Positions 1 to 42,394 are shown, counted from the stretch's first letter. The stretch is DNA of 64,000 bases from Octopus sinensis (GCF_006345805.1 NC_043008.1:31806001-31870000); one strand, 5' to 3'. Program-made: numbers and translations. The notes: generated by a model not told the origin, from the sequence alone.

Positions 1-440
1 TGAACCTTGAGGCACGCCACTGCTCGCACTGGAGACGTCAGACCGCGAACCATTAACTTGAACTTGGAAGGAGCGATCTGAGAGGAAGGAACCAACCCAT
101 CGTACAATATCCGGATGGAAACTATATGCTTGAAGCTTGACAAGTAGTAGGCGGTGGTTTACCGAGTCAAAAGCTTTGGCAAAGTCCAATAAAACGATGT
201 CAACAGCATCACTATCATCGAGGATGCGCGTCACCAATTCTTCCATTACTAGTAAGTTGGTCAAGCATGATCTCTTCGGCACGAAGCCGTGTTGGGAATC
301 AGTGATCGAGGCTGTGTTTAGGAGGTGGAGCATCATACTTTTCTTAAGGATGGTTTCGAACATCTTGCTGATTATTGATGTAAGGGAAACCGGTCGGTAG
401 TTTAGCGGGTCTTCGCGGCTCCCTTTCTTGAAAATTGGGC
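1..440 (-). mobile_element. CR1/L2-group LINE reverse transcriptase fragment
   Basis: Minus-strand translation NYRPVSLTSIISKMFE...QHGFVPKRSCLTNLL...LDFAKAFDSVNH...SGVPQGS; runs off the window edge. Confidence 0.85.
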
Positions 441-1384
441 AGATTATCGCTGTTCTCCAGTCTGCAGGTATAACACCCGTCGCCAATATATATATGTATG
501 TGTGTGTGTGTGTGTGTGTGGTGTGTGTGTGTGTGTGTATTTGCTCCCCCGCTATCGTTTCACAACCTATGTTTGTGTGTTTACGTCCCCGTAACGTAGC
601 GGTTCGGCAAAAGATACAGGTACAACAAGTACTAGGCTTACAAAAAATAAGTCCTGGGGCCGATAGCTTCGACTTAAAGGCGCTGCTCCAGCATGATCGC
701 AGTCAATCAAATGACTGAAACAATAAAAAGAATAAAAGAATATGTGTATATGGGAATGTAAGTACGTTCATGTTTGTACTATGTATAGCGCAAACACGCG
801 CGCGCGTGAGAGAGAGAGAGAGAGAGAGCGAGTGCTTATATCTGTACTTATATGCTTAATGTCTTGTATATTAATATGCATATATGCCCTGGGTATGAGT
901 GCATATATTAGTGGGGCCCTGGTTTGGGAGTTTGAGTGTTTTGAGCAGTATGGAACCACCTTTTATCTAGTATCGTTCTCAGGTCTACTCTGCCCTGAAG
1001 TAGTAGCACCTGTAATAACCCCAGCTGTAGATTAATTAACATATTAGAGCTTGCTTAGCCATACATGTAAAGGCGACTTGGTGGGCGCTGCGGAAGAAAC
1101 GTTGATAGTTCAACGGACGGAAAGTCGGCTGTTGCAATGCATTGTGGACTGCAGGGAACAAATTGAGGCAAGTATGATATGTTGGACATCCATCTCATTC
1201 GTTTCCATCCTTAGTCATCTTAACCTTGTCTTGTCACTGGATTGGAGATAGTTACGGATGAAAGAGTGAGATTGACAGCGTGCAACTCTTTTCACTCAAA
1301 GCAGAATTACCACGCAAGTCATCAGTCATGCTTAAAGAAGACTAGATGCTCTTCGTCGCTCCGATGCACAAACATGATGTATGC

Positions 1385-1457
<73 letters not shown>

Positions 1458-1584
1458 ATATATATCTGTAAATGTAATATGTGACAATTATTCGGTAGCC
1501 ATGATAAAACTCCGAGTTTCGGATGCCGAGGTGGAAATTGACGCCGCCATCTCTTCAGTTATCCGGCCATCGGAAAAATTTCAT

Positions 1585-3020
1585 AGCATAACAATAGCAT
1601 GGATAGATTATAATCTATAATTACAGGAAAGTCTATGACATGATCCCACACTCATAGATAAGTGAGTGTTTGAGTATATTCAGTGTAGCAGACAACATAA
1701 GAGAATTAATTAGCTGTAGCGTGAAGAAATGGAAAGTAGATCTCTACTCAAGAGACACACTCTTAGGAAAAGTTAATACCAAAAGAGGAATTTTCCGGAG
1801 AGACTCGTTGTCTCCTTTAATATTTGTCATATGTTTGATCCCCCTCAGTTTAGTATTTAGGAAGGCAAAGGCAGGGTATCAGTTCAGAAATAGTAACGGA
1901 AAATTAACCATTTGCTCTACATGGATGATATGAAGCTTTTTAGTAAGAATGGAAAAGAGATAGATTTCTTAATACAGACTGTAAGACTCTTCAGCAAAGA
2001 TATAGACATGGACTTTGGCATAGATAAGTGTGTAATATTAGGTATGAGAAGGGGACAGGTGGTCAACAGCGAAGGCATCCAATTACCGGATGGCCAAACA
2101 TTACAATCATTGAAAGGAGAAGAGAGTTATAATTATTTAGGTTTATTAGAATCTAGCATAGTACTAACTACAGAAATGAAAACGGAAATTGAGGAATACA
2201 TCAGAAGGGTGAGGAAGCTAATGAAGTCAAAGCTAAATGGTCCGAATAAGGCTGTGAATACTTAGGCAGTATTATTACTTAGATACTCAGCAGCTTTTAT
2301 AGCTTGAACAAAAACTGAATTAGCAAAGCTAGACAAGAACTAGGAAGGAATTCAATATGAATGGCGGATTCCACCCAAGGGCAGAAGTAGCAAGATTATA
2401 CCTACCTAGAAAGGAAAGCCGAAGAGTGTTAATATAAGTAGAAGATTGCATGGAGTTAGCTAGAGTAGATATAGACTCCTATGTAGGTAATAGTGAAGAA
2501 AGTTTATTAAAATCTGCTAGAGTCACAGCAAGACACAGGGAAACCAAAACACCAAACGAAGTTAAAAACCAGAAAAAAGAACAGGAATAATCTGACTGGC
2601 AGGAGAAAGCGTTGCTTGGGAGATTCCCAAAGATAGTTGCAGCAAACAGTAGTAGTGAGACATGGTTATGGTTGCAGAAACGAAAGGTGAAGAGGGAGAC
2701 AGAAAGTTTGTTAGTAGCTGCACAAGATCAAGCATTAAGGACTAATTGGATAAAAACCAAGATAAACAAAATCCAATTAGCCTCCCAATGTATATTATGC
2801 AAATCAAAAGAGGAAAGCGTTAATCATGTAGTAAGTGAATGTAGCCTACTGGCACAGAAAGACTACAAGAAAAGACATGACAATCTAGGGCGAGCAATCC
2901 ATTGGGAGTTATGTAGAAAGTTAGGATTTGACCATACTGATAAATGGTATGAACATGAACCTGGTAAAGTACTAGAAAATAAGAAATACAAGATGTTGTT
3001 GGACTTTAACAGTAAACCAA
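1585..3020 (+). mobile_element. Degraded RLE-type (R4/Dong-like) non-LTR retrotransposon: RT and CCHC knuckle
   Basis: AWIDY..KVYDMIPH, RGIF..DSLSPL, LLYMDDMKLF, ETESLLVAAQDQAL, CILC..KEESVNHVVSEC, RHDN, KWYEHEP; frameshifts and stops. Clade assigned from motif recall. Confidence 0.8.
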
Positions 3021-3235
3021 TCCTTTCAATTCACTCTAACCTAATCAGCCTCATTCCATAAGACCCCTTCCGATATCCCTACATCAACACACAAAATAAT
3101 GAAGGTAAAGATTCTGTTGCAAAGCGATCTTCTTAATAGCTCAATCATGTCAGTCTGAAAAAAAATTGTTAAATACAAAACATAGAAGGACTCTAAGAGA
3201 TGTTAAACACTGATCCCATCAATGCTAATTCGGAT

Positions 3236-3770
<535 letters not shown>

Positions 3771-5439
3771 TATATACTTTGAAAATACTTTGAAGAAATA
3801 AATAAAAAAGATGGCCACAGTTAGAATGTTTTTGATCAAAGGTCTACTTTATCAGAGTTGACCAGGGGCTAAACGAAAGCAATAACAACAACTATTTTAG
3901 TAATGTATCTATCCAAACACACTCGAAATGAATAAAAAAAAAAGAAGGCTTAATTTATTTAGACAATTACATTGGAATTACTATTAAGTTAGTCTCGCCA
4001 TTATATTAAAGAATTTCTTACCGATTCGGATAATAAACACTTGTCATTTAAATTCCGTAGAAAAGCTATGTAATTATACTTAATGGCATCGTGGTTCGTG
4101 TCAGCTCAAACTGGCAGTCCGCTCGCTTGAAGAGTTGCTGCTACTGTTGCTGCTTTTGCTGCTCAGCTGCTGTTTCTGTTGTTGTTTCTGTTGCTGCTTC
4201 TGTTGTTGTTGTTGTTGTTGCTGTGCTTAACCCTAGGTCAGATCTGATCCAACAGACCGGAGCAGGTGTTACGAGGATAATGTAAACCAACGAGGGAATA
4301 TCTATGCGATCACTTGATCTTTTTGGAATTAACAACCAAATCTCTTGTAAATGTTAGTCTGTCGTCTCAAAAAAAAGGAATGACACATTGGACAATGTAG
4401 TCTTACATACACTTTGCCTGAAAAAACAAGAACAAGAAGGTGGTTCAGTCATACTTGAAACACCTTTTATCAATAGGTTTGTTTGATGAAGATTGACCTG
4501 GGGTTAAATAAAGTTGAAATCAAAGACAACAAAAACAACACGAGTTAACAGAGAAAACCCCTAGTAGTTTCTGATATGGTCGAAATAGCAACCAAATTTT
4601 TCTCAAAACACATTCTGTCTTGATGACACATTCGATAATGCATAAGCAGAAGCATTATATAAAGCAGTAAGGCGGCGAGCTGGCAGAATCTTTACTGCGC
4701 CGGAAAGAAATGTTTAGCGGGATTTCTTTCAACTTTACGTTCTGAGTTCAAATAACGCCGGTGTCGAATATATCTGGTACCTCCATTTTACCCCTAAATA
4801 CCCCTATGCAATACCAGACACTGGTTCTCATGGCTTCTGATCTTAACTGAAAGGGTGTGTTATCATGTACATGTTTTGTCTTAGTATAAGAGATGGGTTT
4901 CAGCAAATATTCTGCTCAATACCCCAGATTTGTTTGTTAATTGTTTGACCATAACAAGTTGAGCATATTCCTTGGTGGCTGACGATATGTGCATATCTGA
5001 TCGCAAGCAGAAGTAGTAGGGGAGCTTCATAGCGATGTGTTGAGAGGAATTCTTTGAGGGTTGAATAATTCACCTCTGGAAATAAGAGTGTTTCGTTCAA
5101 CATCCTTAAACAAGCTTATTGAGAGACCTTTTGAGCAGGATGGGATACCCGACCTGAAGAAAATTCTAACTGGGCCCCACCTGAAAGGTCATGTACTGTT
5201 TATCTTGATATGAGATCACTATGTCGCTCACATACGTTTGTGATGCATGCGCCTGATGTACCCTTATCAGACGGGTAATCATGATGGGTATATTGGGCTT
5301 CGTATATTTGTACCCCAGTGTCACTTTAACGGCATGTGCTGTTCTCTCGCACAATACTACTACTACTACTAATAATAAATTTCCTTAGTATGAGAGTAAT
5401 TGATGAGAGAATCAATACAAATAACGGCGTACTTGAGGA

Positions 5440-6090
5440 CGGGACTACAGGTAACGGACTGTCACCTGGCAGGTGTCTTGTGAGTGAGCAGTAAAGCCAT
5501 CATAAGGTTGTTGCCAGAACAGGGTTATCTAAGGTGATGAATGTACCTGTCATGGAATGTTATTCTTTTGAGCAGACCCGTTGATAGTAAAGGGAAGCCC
5601 ATTAGAGGATACAGAGAGAGAGAGAGAGAGAGAGAATGTATGACATCTGGATGGAGACGCAGGCAGGTATGTTCAATAGAGATTGTGTGAGAAGTATGGT
5701 TTTGAAAGGACATTGAAATACATTAACCAGGTGTCAGCAAGAATAACGCGCATAAGATCTTGTGTGATTTTACAATCCAGTGTGATTCAGTGATTACTCA
5801 GAGACTACATATGGTTGTAGTTGATAAAGTTATAAAGGAAACCAAGATCATAGATATTGCTATACCTGAGAATCTACGAGAAGGTGATAAAGAACTGGGA
5901 AAGACTAAAACATACAAACCATAACATGATGAGATTGCACGAATGTGGACAATGAAGGAAGAAAATGTCTTCGCAGTAGCTGTAGGGGGAATTTGGAGCA
6001 TTAACAACCAGGTTTGAGAAATTTGTTAGAGAAAGTGGAGTTGACGTAAAGTGAGGCATGCTCAGAAAAATGCTTTATTGTGGACAGCAT
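5440..6090 (+). mobile_element. Degraded R4/Dong-like LINE 3' (RLE endonuclease) fragment
   Basis: KILCDFTIQCD and IIDIAIP-like segments, heavily mutated. Confidence 0.5.
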
Positions 6091-7529
6091 TGATTTACCC
6101 GGTTAAAAAATATGACAGATACAGATACAGGCTGGAGAGGAAAGTCAACTGTATTATCTGACTGCCTCATATGATTCATCAGTGTATGTCGTAGAGTATC
6201 GTGTGCTCTCACTCCCAGAACAACGTAGCTGTAATCGTTCAGCCACCTACTTACATAATAATAAAGGTCAGCCCAATCAGAGGTCAACTGGGGTAACGCA
6301 ACAACGATTGGGGATTTGGGTTACTCAGGTGTGTTTATTGATTTCGCCAGGGTTTAGAGTGACTCAGTATTGGTACTGAAAACTGAAAGCTAAAGAGATA
6401 CTCGCCAATTTTGTATTGCTCTTTTGTGTCTGTATCTGTCTCCAGTCGAGCAGACTGAGCCAGAAAGTGCTGAGTATCTTGATCAAGAGCATTTAGCAAC
6501 GTTGTTGACAAGATATGAAACGGTAAAAACTCGCCGGCCGGTTTTTGGATATATTTTTGACTCACCAAACTGCGATTATCCTAAAAAGAAAAAAACAAGT
6601 GAACGTAAGAGAGAGGTGGGGAGAAAGGGAAAGAGAGAGAGAGAGAGAAAGGTGGGGAAGAGAGTACGGAAAATGAGAAAGAGAAAATGGAGGGAAAGAG
6701 AATGGAGAGAGAAAAATAAAGAGGAAGAGAGGATCGACTGGGCAGTTGGGCGACCGAGATTGTAAGAGCGAAAGAGACACAAAGACAGACAGACAGAATA
6801 AACAGAGGGGGATAAAGATAAGAAAACTATTACACAACTAGAAGAAAATAAGTATAAAAATGTGAAAAAAGAAACAAGCGAAAGGCTAGCAGAGAGAGAA
6901 GGGGAAATTGAAGGAGAGCAGGACAACAGTGTAGGAGAGGTGGAGGAAGTGGAAAGTGGGGAAAAGTAAATGTAAGTCAGTTGTGTAACGGACAAAATTA
7001 ATTGCTGGTCTAGGAACATTTGGTGGTCCCAGTTTAAACCTTTTGTATGACTCAGGAGAGCCACAGAAGTTGTTGTTATTGTTGTTTAATTCAACGTCAG
7101 ACTTGCTCCAATGGAACTATGATAAAAGGCTCTCCAACTGAGATCATCACGTTTCCCGCCCCCGGATGGTGTATCTACACCACGTTATCTAATGTATTCT
7201 GTTTTTAAGACGATAAAGCGTATGATTTGTGGGAATTTGGTTGTTTTTACTAGAAGGTCGAGGTACCACAGTTGTAGATATTTGACAAGTGGAAGGTGAC
7301 CTATGACATCGATTTTCAACAGAAGAGTGACGTAACATATCACTAAACATGACCAGCGGTCAAGCTCCTGTGGTGGTTAAGTGTAAGCGTTAATGACATT
7401 ATCAATACTGTAACAAGTATATGTTACTGATAGAGGTAACGGATGCAGTGTTTGTTAGTAGTGATACAGATTTGTTAAAATTTCGTGGGACGGTGCGATA
7501 TGTACCAAATGAATTAACGGGACGAAAAA

Positions 7530-7870
7530 GTGAATTTTTATAGATTTTATTTTTAAACTGGCACTCCGTCGGTTACGACGACGAGGGTTCCAGTTGATCC
7601 AATCAATGGAACAGCTTGCTCGTGAAATTAACATGCAAGTGGCTGAGCACTCCACGGACACGCATACCATTAACGTAGTCCTCAGGGAGATTCAGCGTGA
7701 CAGAGAATGTAACAAGGCTGGCCCATTGAAATACTAGTACAACTCATTTTTGCCAGCTGAGTGAACTGGAGCAACGTGAAATAAAGTGTCTTGCTCAAGG
7801 ACACAACGCGCCGCCGGGAATCGAACTTACGACCTTTCGATCGTGAGCCGGTTACGCTAAGCCACGCACT
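7530..7870 (-). mobile_element. Third tRNA-derived SINE family (GTGGCTTAGTGGTTAG head, CCTTGAGCAAGACACT core)
   Basis: Related copies with different 3' ends at 16325-16570(+), 31860-32050(+), 63290-63610(-). Confidence 0.75.
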
Positions 7871-8127
7871 TTCACAGATTTTATCTACCTGTTACAATTC
7901 GTCGATTGAGACCGTGTACAGGGGACGTAGTAGTCGACTGAACAGCTCAGATAAAATATGCGGATATGCAGAGGTGCAGGCATGGTTGTGTGGTTAAGAA
8001 GCTTGTTTTGCAATCACGTGCTCTCGAGCTCACTCCCATTGCGTGGCACCTTCAGTGCCTTCAACTATAGTCCCGGGTCAGCCAACGCCTCGTGAGTGAT
8101 TTTGATGGACAGAAACTGAGTAGAAGT

Positions 8128-8990
8128 AAGGCGGCGAGCTGGCAGAAACGTTAGCACGCCGGGCGAAATGCTTTGCGATATTTCGTCCGCCGCTGCGTTC
8201 CGAGTTCAAATTCCACCGAGGTCGACTTGCCTTTCGGGGTCGATAAATAAAGTACCAGATACGCACTGGGGTCGATGTAATCGACTTAATCCGTTTGTCT
8301 GTCCTTGTTTGTCCCCTCTGTGTTTAGCCCCTTGTGGCTAGTAAAGAAATAGGTATTTCGTCTGCTGCTACGTTCTGAGTTCAATTTCCGCCGAGAAATT
8401 TTGGGGGAGGGTTCCAGTCGATTACATCAAACTCCTTAATTTATCGACCCCGAAAGAATGAAAGGCAAAGTCGACCTCGGTAGAATTTGAACTCAGAACG
8501 TAAAGACAGACGAAATACCTATTTCTTTATTACCCACAAGGGGCTAAACATAGAGGGGACAAACAAGGACAGACATAGGTATTAAGTCGATTATATCGAC
8601 CCCAGAGCGTAACTGGTACTTAATTTATCGACCCCGAAAGGATGAAAGGCAAAGTTGACCTCGGCGGAATTTGAACTCACAACGTAACGACAGACGAAAT
8701 ACCGCTAAGCATTTCATCCGGCGTGCTAACGTTTCTGCCAGCTCGCCGCCTTATTGCTAACTTCCTTACTAAGACAGCGAAGGCGATGAGCTGGCAGAAT
8801 CGTCTGCACGTCGGGCAAAAGGCTTAGTGGTATTTCGACTGTCTTTACGTTCTGAGTTCAAATTCCACCGAAGTCGACTTTGCCTTTCATCCTTTCGGGG
8901 TTGATAAATTAAGTACCAGTTGCGCACTGGGCTTGATGTAATCGACTGGAACCCCCCCTCAAAATTTCGGGCCCTCTGCCTATAGTAGAA
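8128..8990. mobile_element. Cluster of three copies of the commonest tRNA-derived SINE (GGCGGCGAGCTGGCAGAA head), orientations +,-,+
   Basis: Copies 8128-8395(+), 8397-8752(-), 8780-8990(+). Further family copies near 16795(+), 20725(-), 22595(+), 25805(+), 26790(-), 30535(+), 38820(-), 47810(+), 61641(-), 63760(+). Confidence 0.9.
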
Positions 8991-9649
8991 AAAAACCATT
9001 AAAATATTTTCTGTTTAAAGAAAGCTAAAATATAAACACTTACTGTACAAACAACTTACATTTTTGAAATCACATTCAGTTTAAAATATTTCTAATGATT
9101 AAAATATTGTGTACGTCAAAAAGTCGACGTTTTTCTTTTTTCTTAGAGAACGCGTAGACTGTGCGTGTTTATGTCACAGATAGCGGACGTGTGTTTGTGT
9201 TGATTGACGACCATGACATTTATCATGTGTGTGTGTATTCTGTATGTGTGTATGTGTTGCCATCACGAGCAAACAGAAAAATTGTATCTACTCGTTTTCA
9301 TTAATAAATAGAGGTCCTGATGTCATTGCCGAAGATAGGTATGAAAATAAATATGCAAAAAAAGAAATTTAAGATAAAATATACTATTTCTGAGATATTT
9401 CGGGTACACACAAACATCCCTAGAGTTTTATTACTATTAAGATATGTAGGTGAAGCAACTGTAACCGTGAAATAAATGTGATAGTAGTACCTCCATTCTT
9501 CATTTTTTATATATGTGTGTGTAGTGTGTGCGTAGTGTGTGCGTAGTGTGTGCGTAGTGTGTGCGTGCGTGTGTGTATGTTTGTGTATACGTGCGTATGT
9601 ACGTACATAGATACATACATACATACATACAAACATACATACATATCAG

Positions 9650-10420
9650 CCATATCATAAGTAGTTGTCCAGAAATGTCATCACGGTATTATCTACTGAT
9701 GAGACATGATGTTGTAGCTAGGACACTCTATAATGAAATCCGTCGAAAGGATAACCCCGAGGGAAAAGAAATAAGAACCCACAGTATGGTAGAAGCCATA
9801 GCCACTCATAATAAAAAGGAGTAGTGTTGGAATGTCCCAGTGAAGGCCTCAGTAAAATGTAAGCAAAACAGACCTGATATAATGATTTGGGATGCGAAGA
9901 GAAACTGTGTACAGTTGTGGAAATTAGCTTCACGGCGGATATTGACGTAAAGCTGAAGATCAGTGAAAAAGAGAACATCTACGTTGAACAATTGAGAAAT
10001 CTGCAGTTACTCTATCCAGATTACAACTTCAGGTTTATACCTGTAAATATTGGGACTCTGGGATATGTAACACGCCTAAATACCAATCTTGAGAAACTAG
10101 GTATCTCAAAACTAGAAAGGAGAAAGCTAATTCGAAGACTACAGATCCAATCCATTAGTGGAACTGTAACAATTTGTAAAACTTTCCAGAAGATTAGCAT
10201 TTAAATATATATGAGCATGTCTAGATATGCAGCTTTATGCTTGAGAATATATACATAAAGCAAAACATACAAATCTGCACACATTCATACATATGTACAT
10301 ACAAGCAAACAAATATATCTTGTTGATGTTGAAATTCCAGTGAAGGAGCCTTGGATCTAGGTTAGAAACCTACTCTTTCTTTATTGGTAAGAAATCTTGA
10401 AATAAAACTGAACAATGACA
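9650..10420 (+). mobile_element. RLE-type LINE 3' end (endonuclease domain and 3'UTR)
   Basis: HIISSCP..SRYYL.RHDVVA, NRPDIMIW, EKLCTVVEIS..D, FIPV.IGTLG; second copy of the family on the minus strand at 28220-28850. Confidence 0.75.
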
Positions 10421-10584
10421 TACATTGTATGTAATGCAATCATCCCAGGAATACGAACTGTGATCGTAAGAAACATGTGATTTGTGGAAACGTGCGTAGC
10501 GATGCATTAAAATATTTGTAAATTCCATTCAGGTATGTGTATGTGTGTGAGTGTGTGCGTGCGTGCGCGTGTGTATGTATGTGT

Positions 10585-10665
<81 letters not shown>

Positions 10666-10852
10666 CATTTATTTTATTATAGAAGTGGCTGGGTTGTAAG
10701 AAACTTGCATCCCAACTACATGGTTCCGAGTTCAGTCCCACTGCGTGGAACCTTGGGCAATTCTCTTCTACTATAGCCTTGGGCCAACTAAAGTCTTGTG
10801 AGTAGATTTGGTAGACGGAAACTGAAAGAAGCTCGTCGTATATCTATATATA

Positions 10853-11300
10853 TTAGGTTGTCTCGCATGAAATGTCGTATTTTAAATGGGTTTCTTATGA
10901 GTCATCTATAAATGGATTTTTAATGAGTTTGTATCTATATGCTTGTGTTTAACTCTTTTTCTTTCTAGACAATACTATTATTCAAAATTGCTACCCACAG
11001 CTCTTATGATAATGTTGACAGCTGAACAATGCCGAGGGATTTTACGAATACAAGTTGGGTCACTCTGCCACCGAAGCTCTACGGAACATCAAGCGGGCTT
11101 TTGGTAACGATTCTGTTGACATTAGAACTGTTCAGAGATGGTTCCAAAGATTTCGTTCAGGAAATGAAAGCCTTAAAAATGAACCAAGAGGGAGACCAAA
11201 AATCAGTTATTCGGCATGATGACTAAAAGTGGCAGTCAAATGTCTGAAACAAGTAAAAGAATATAATTTTGCAAATTTGTTTCATTCCTTTTTGATTTCT
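10853..11300 (+). mobile_element. Mariner transposon 5' remnant
   Basis: TA-TTAGGTTG terminus; 11042-11226 encodes YEYKLGHSATEALRNIKRAFG...RTVQRWFQRFRSGNESLKNEPRGRP (mariner HTH). Confidence 0.8.
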
Positions 11301-11385
11301 TTTGAAGCTATGGAAAAATTTTCTGCACAAAAAAGGAAGGTACAAATATAAAAATGTGCATGTGTGTATACACACACACATACGC

Positions 11386-11394
<9 letters not shown>

Positions 11395-11452
<58 letters not shown>

Positions 11453-11681
11453 TACGTACATACATACATACATACATACATACATACATGCATACATACA
11501 TACATACATACGTACGTACATACATACATACATACATACATACATACATACATACATACATACATACATGCATACATACATACATACATACGTACGTACA
11601 TACATACATACATACATACATACATACATACATACATACATACATACATACATACATGTATGTATGTATGTATGTATGTAT
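11395..11681. repeat. Compound (CA)n/(TACA)n microsatellite flipping to (TGTA)n
   Basis: Seen directly. Confidence 0.95.
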
Positions 11682-11766
11682 GTCTTGAAGGCTTATTTCC
11701 AATTCTGTTTTTAAACGATTTACTACATTAACCTTTGACATAATGGCTGGAATTCCACCTCCCAAT
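11682..11766 (+). pseudogene. Third, truncated copy (A) of the exon-1 5'UTR and first 8 codons (MAGIPPPN), embedded in (GTAT)n
   Basis: 85 bp with 5 differences from copy B (from 13352 on); ATG at 11743; lacks the promoter and the last 9 codons. Confidence 0.85.
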
Positions 11767-11802
11767 GTATGTATGTATGTATGTATGTATATATGTATGT
11801 AT

Positions 11803-11839
<37 letters not shown>

Positions 11840-11978
11840 CATACACATACATACATATACTTTTTCAATAACTCTTATCTCTCCCATTCAAAGTCTCATT
11901 CTATCCCATTCCCTTATCCCATTCCCCTTATGCAATGGCCCAATCCCTATCTGACTCTGGCTCTTGCTCTCTCCCCCC

Positions 11979-12019
<41 letters not shown>

Positions 12020-12539
12020 CTCTCTCTCAATCTTTCTCACTGAACCTTTCTCACTTTTTTCGAAATTACTCTCAATAAATCTCCCCCCCACCATCAATAA
12101 GTCTTTTTCAGTCTGTCTTAGTCTCTATCCCTCAATCTATTTTCCCTAAATCTCTCTCCGTTTCTCCCGCTCTCTTTTTACATTCGTCTCCACAGTTCTT
12201 TTCGCCGCTCGGTTATGTCATTCCCTCTTGTATACACTAAGCAGACCCTTGTCAGCAGTACATTCTGCTGGTGATCACCATTCTCCACTTCAAATATTTG
12301 CACCTAATAAAAAATGTTTTATCAACCAAGCTAGATTTAGATTCTTGCTCTCTGTAATTTCAAATTACTACTTTCAACAAACATTAAGCGTTCGTCTGCT
12401 TGAATGTGTTTATATTTATGTGCGTATATATCTCTCTCCGCCCCTTCTCTCTACCCCCATCTCTCTCTCCCTCACTCCCCCTCTTTCTCGTTCTGTCATA
12501 GAATGTCTCTTCACACACACATACACATGAATATACACA

Positions 12540-12844
12540 CATGCACACTGCACACACACGTTTATATATGTATATATATATATATATGTGTGTGTATGTA
12601 TGTATGTATATATATATATGTGTATATGTATGTAAGTATATATATATATATATACACATGTATGTACACACACATATATATATATATATATACATGCATG
12701 TATGTATGTAGTATGTATGTATGTATGTATGTATATATATATATATATATATACTATGTATATACAGATGTATGCATATTATATATATTATATATATATA
12801 TATATATATGTATGTATATAAGTATATATATATATGTGTATATG

Positions 12845-12939
<95 letters not shown>

Positions 12940-12940
12940 T
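12540..12940. repeat. Compound TA/TG/TATG microsatellite upstream of promoter B
   Basis: Seen directly. Confidence 0.95.
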
Positions 12941-13157
12941 AAAAGATGTTTAGATTTATTTCTGGACTTCAGTGTTTATCGTATTTCTTATAATTATTGT
13001 TATTATTAAAGTCTACGCCACAATTTCAAAAACGGTGAATAACAAAGATATTCTAAAACAAGAATTACTAAGACATTTTGTTTGTTTCTTTTTTTTTTAT
13101 CCCTCCCTTCTCTCCTTTTTCTCCTTTTTTTATACAGTACTTTTTTTTTTTTGTCAC

Positions 13158-13412
13158 TCCTATTTTGATTTTTGTTTTGTTCTTCAGTTGGTAAGGTAGG
13201 AACTTCCACTTAGTCGTCTGCAATTTTCGTTTATCATTAACCTGAGTGACGTCATAGGTGACCAGTTTTTATTGTCGCTTGTATTATAAATTCCGGTGAA
13301 ACCGCCTGCAGTTGTCTAGATTCGTACTTGCTGCCAACGGCTCAAAACTAAGTCTTGAAGGCTTATTTCCAATTCTGCTCTTAAACGATTCACTACATTA
13401 ACTATTGACATA
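13158..13412 (+). promoter_or_regulatory. Promoter/5'UTR of copy B: CRE TGACGTCA 13247-13254, TATAAA 13285-13290, Inr-like GCAGTT near 13308-13313
   Basis: Perfect CRE palindrome about 30 bp upstream of a TATA box, no upstream ATG before the start codon, motifs conserved in copy C. Confidence 0.7.
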
Positions 13413-41559
<28,147 letters not shown>

Positions 41560-41591
41560 TTGCTGACATGGTCGTTCAAGAAATTACATTG

Positions 41592-41597
41592 AATAAA
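41592..41597 (+). terminator. Candidate AATAAA polyadenylation signal in the 3'UTR (repeated in the duplicate copy)
   Basis: Hexamer 32 nt after the stop codon; AT-rich context makes a chance match likely. Confidence 0.25.
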
Positions 41598-42308
41598 GAA
41601 CAAGAATGATTTAAAATGCCTGTCTGAAAGACCTGTTGACTCCAACAACAAGAACAGCAACAATGATATTACTCCTAATGATAATATTTTCATTAGTACA
41701 GCAACTAATACAAAACTAAAATACAAATTTCGCTAGTGCATGTATGTCCATTGCTAAACAACGTTATTTAATTAATTATTTATTATTAATTTATTTTTTA
41801 AAATGCTTCATCTGCTAATTCTGTACTAATCATGCATAAATTTTTCAAACATGAAAAAAATCTATAAAAAGTTTAAAGATGAGGAAGAAGATTTATTTTC
41901 AAGAAGCTGGGTTTGGTAGTACTTGATAGTGGTAGATGTTGGGATGCAGATATTTGAAGTTCAATGAACTGTAAATGGATTAAAACTGAGGAATAACAAA
42001 AATTTCAAGAAATACTAGAAATTAATGTTGTTTTGATAAAATAGAATAGCCTTGAAATGTGAGGATATGGCTATATCAATTACTGAAGAGTACTTGGTAT
42101 AAAGAGGTGGAAAGCTGTCGTGGATACGGTGCGTCACAAGGGTGCATATGTGCTGGGGATACTTTTACCTACGTACTTGTATGTACGTGTACGTAGCTGA
42201 AATTATCTCCAGAGCAACTTCGATATAACAATGTAAGCAGTTTAAGCACAAATTAATTTGCTACTCATAAACACACCGAGAGTCACACAATTGCATACAC
42301 AAACATAT

Positions 42309-42394
<86 letters not shown>

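Noticed and set aside
12251-12257. Half-MARE (GTCAGCA) upstream of the promoter
   Set aside because: A 7-mer is expected by chance in this span, and no conservation evidence is available.
11223-13009. Long ORFs such as 11223-11852, 12404-13009 and 58633-59151 ([12 protein letters not shown] repeats)
   Set aside because: They are translations of stop-free microsatellites, not genes.
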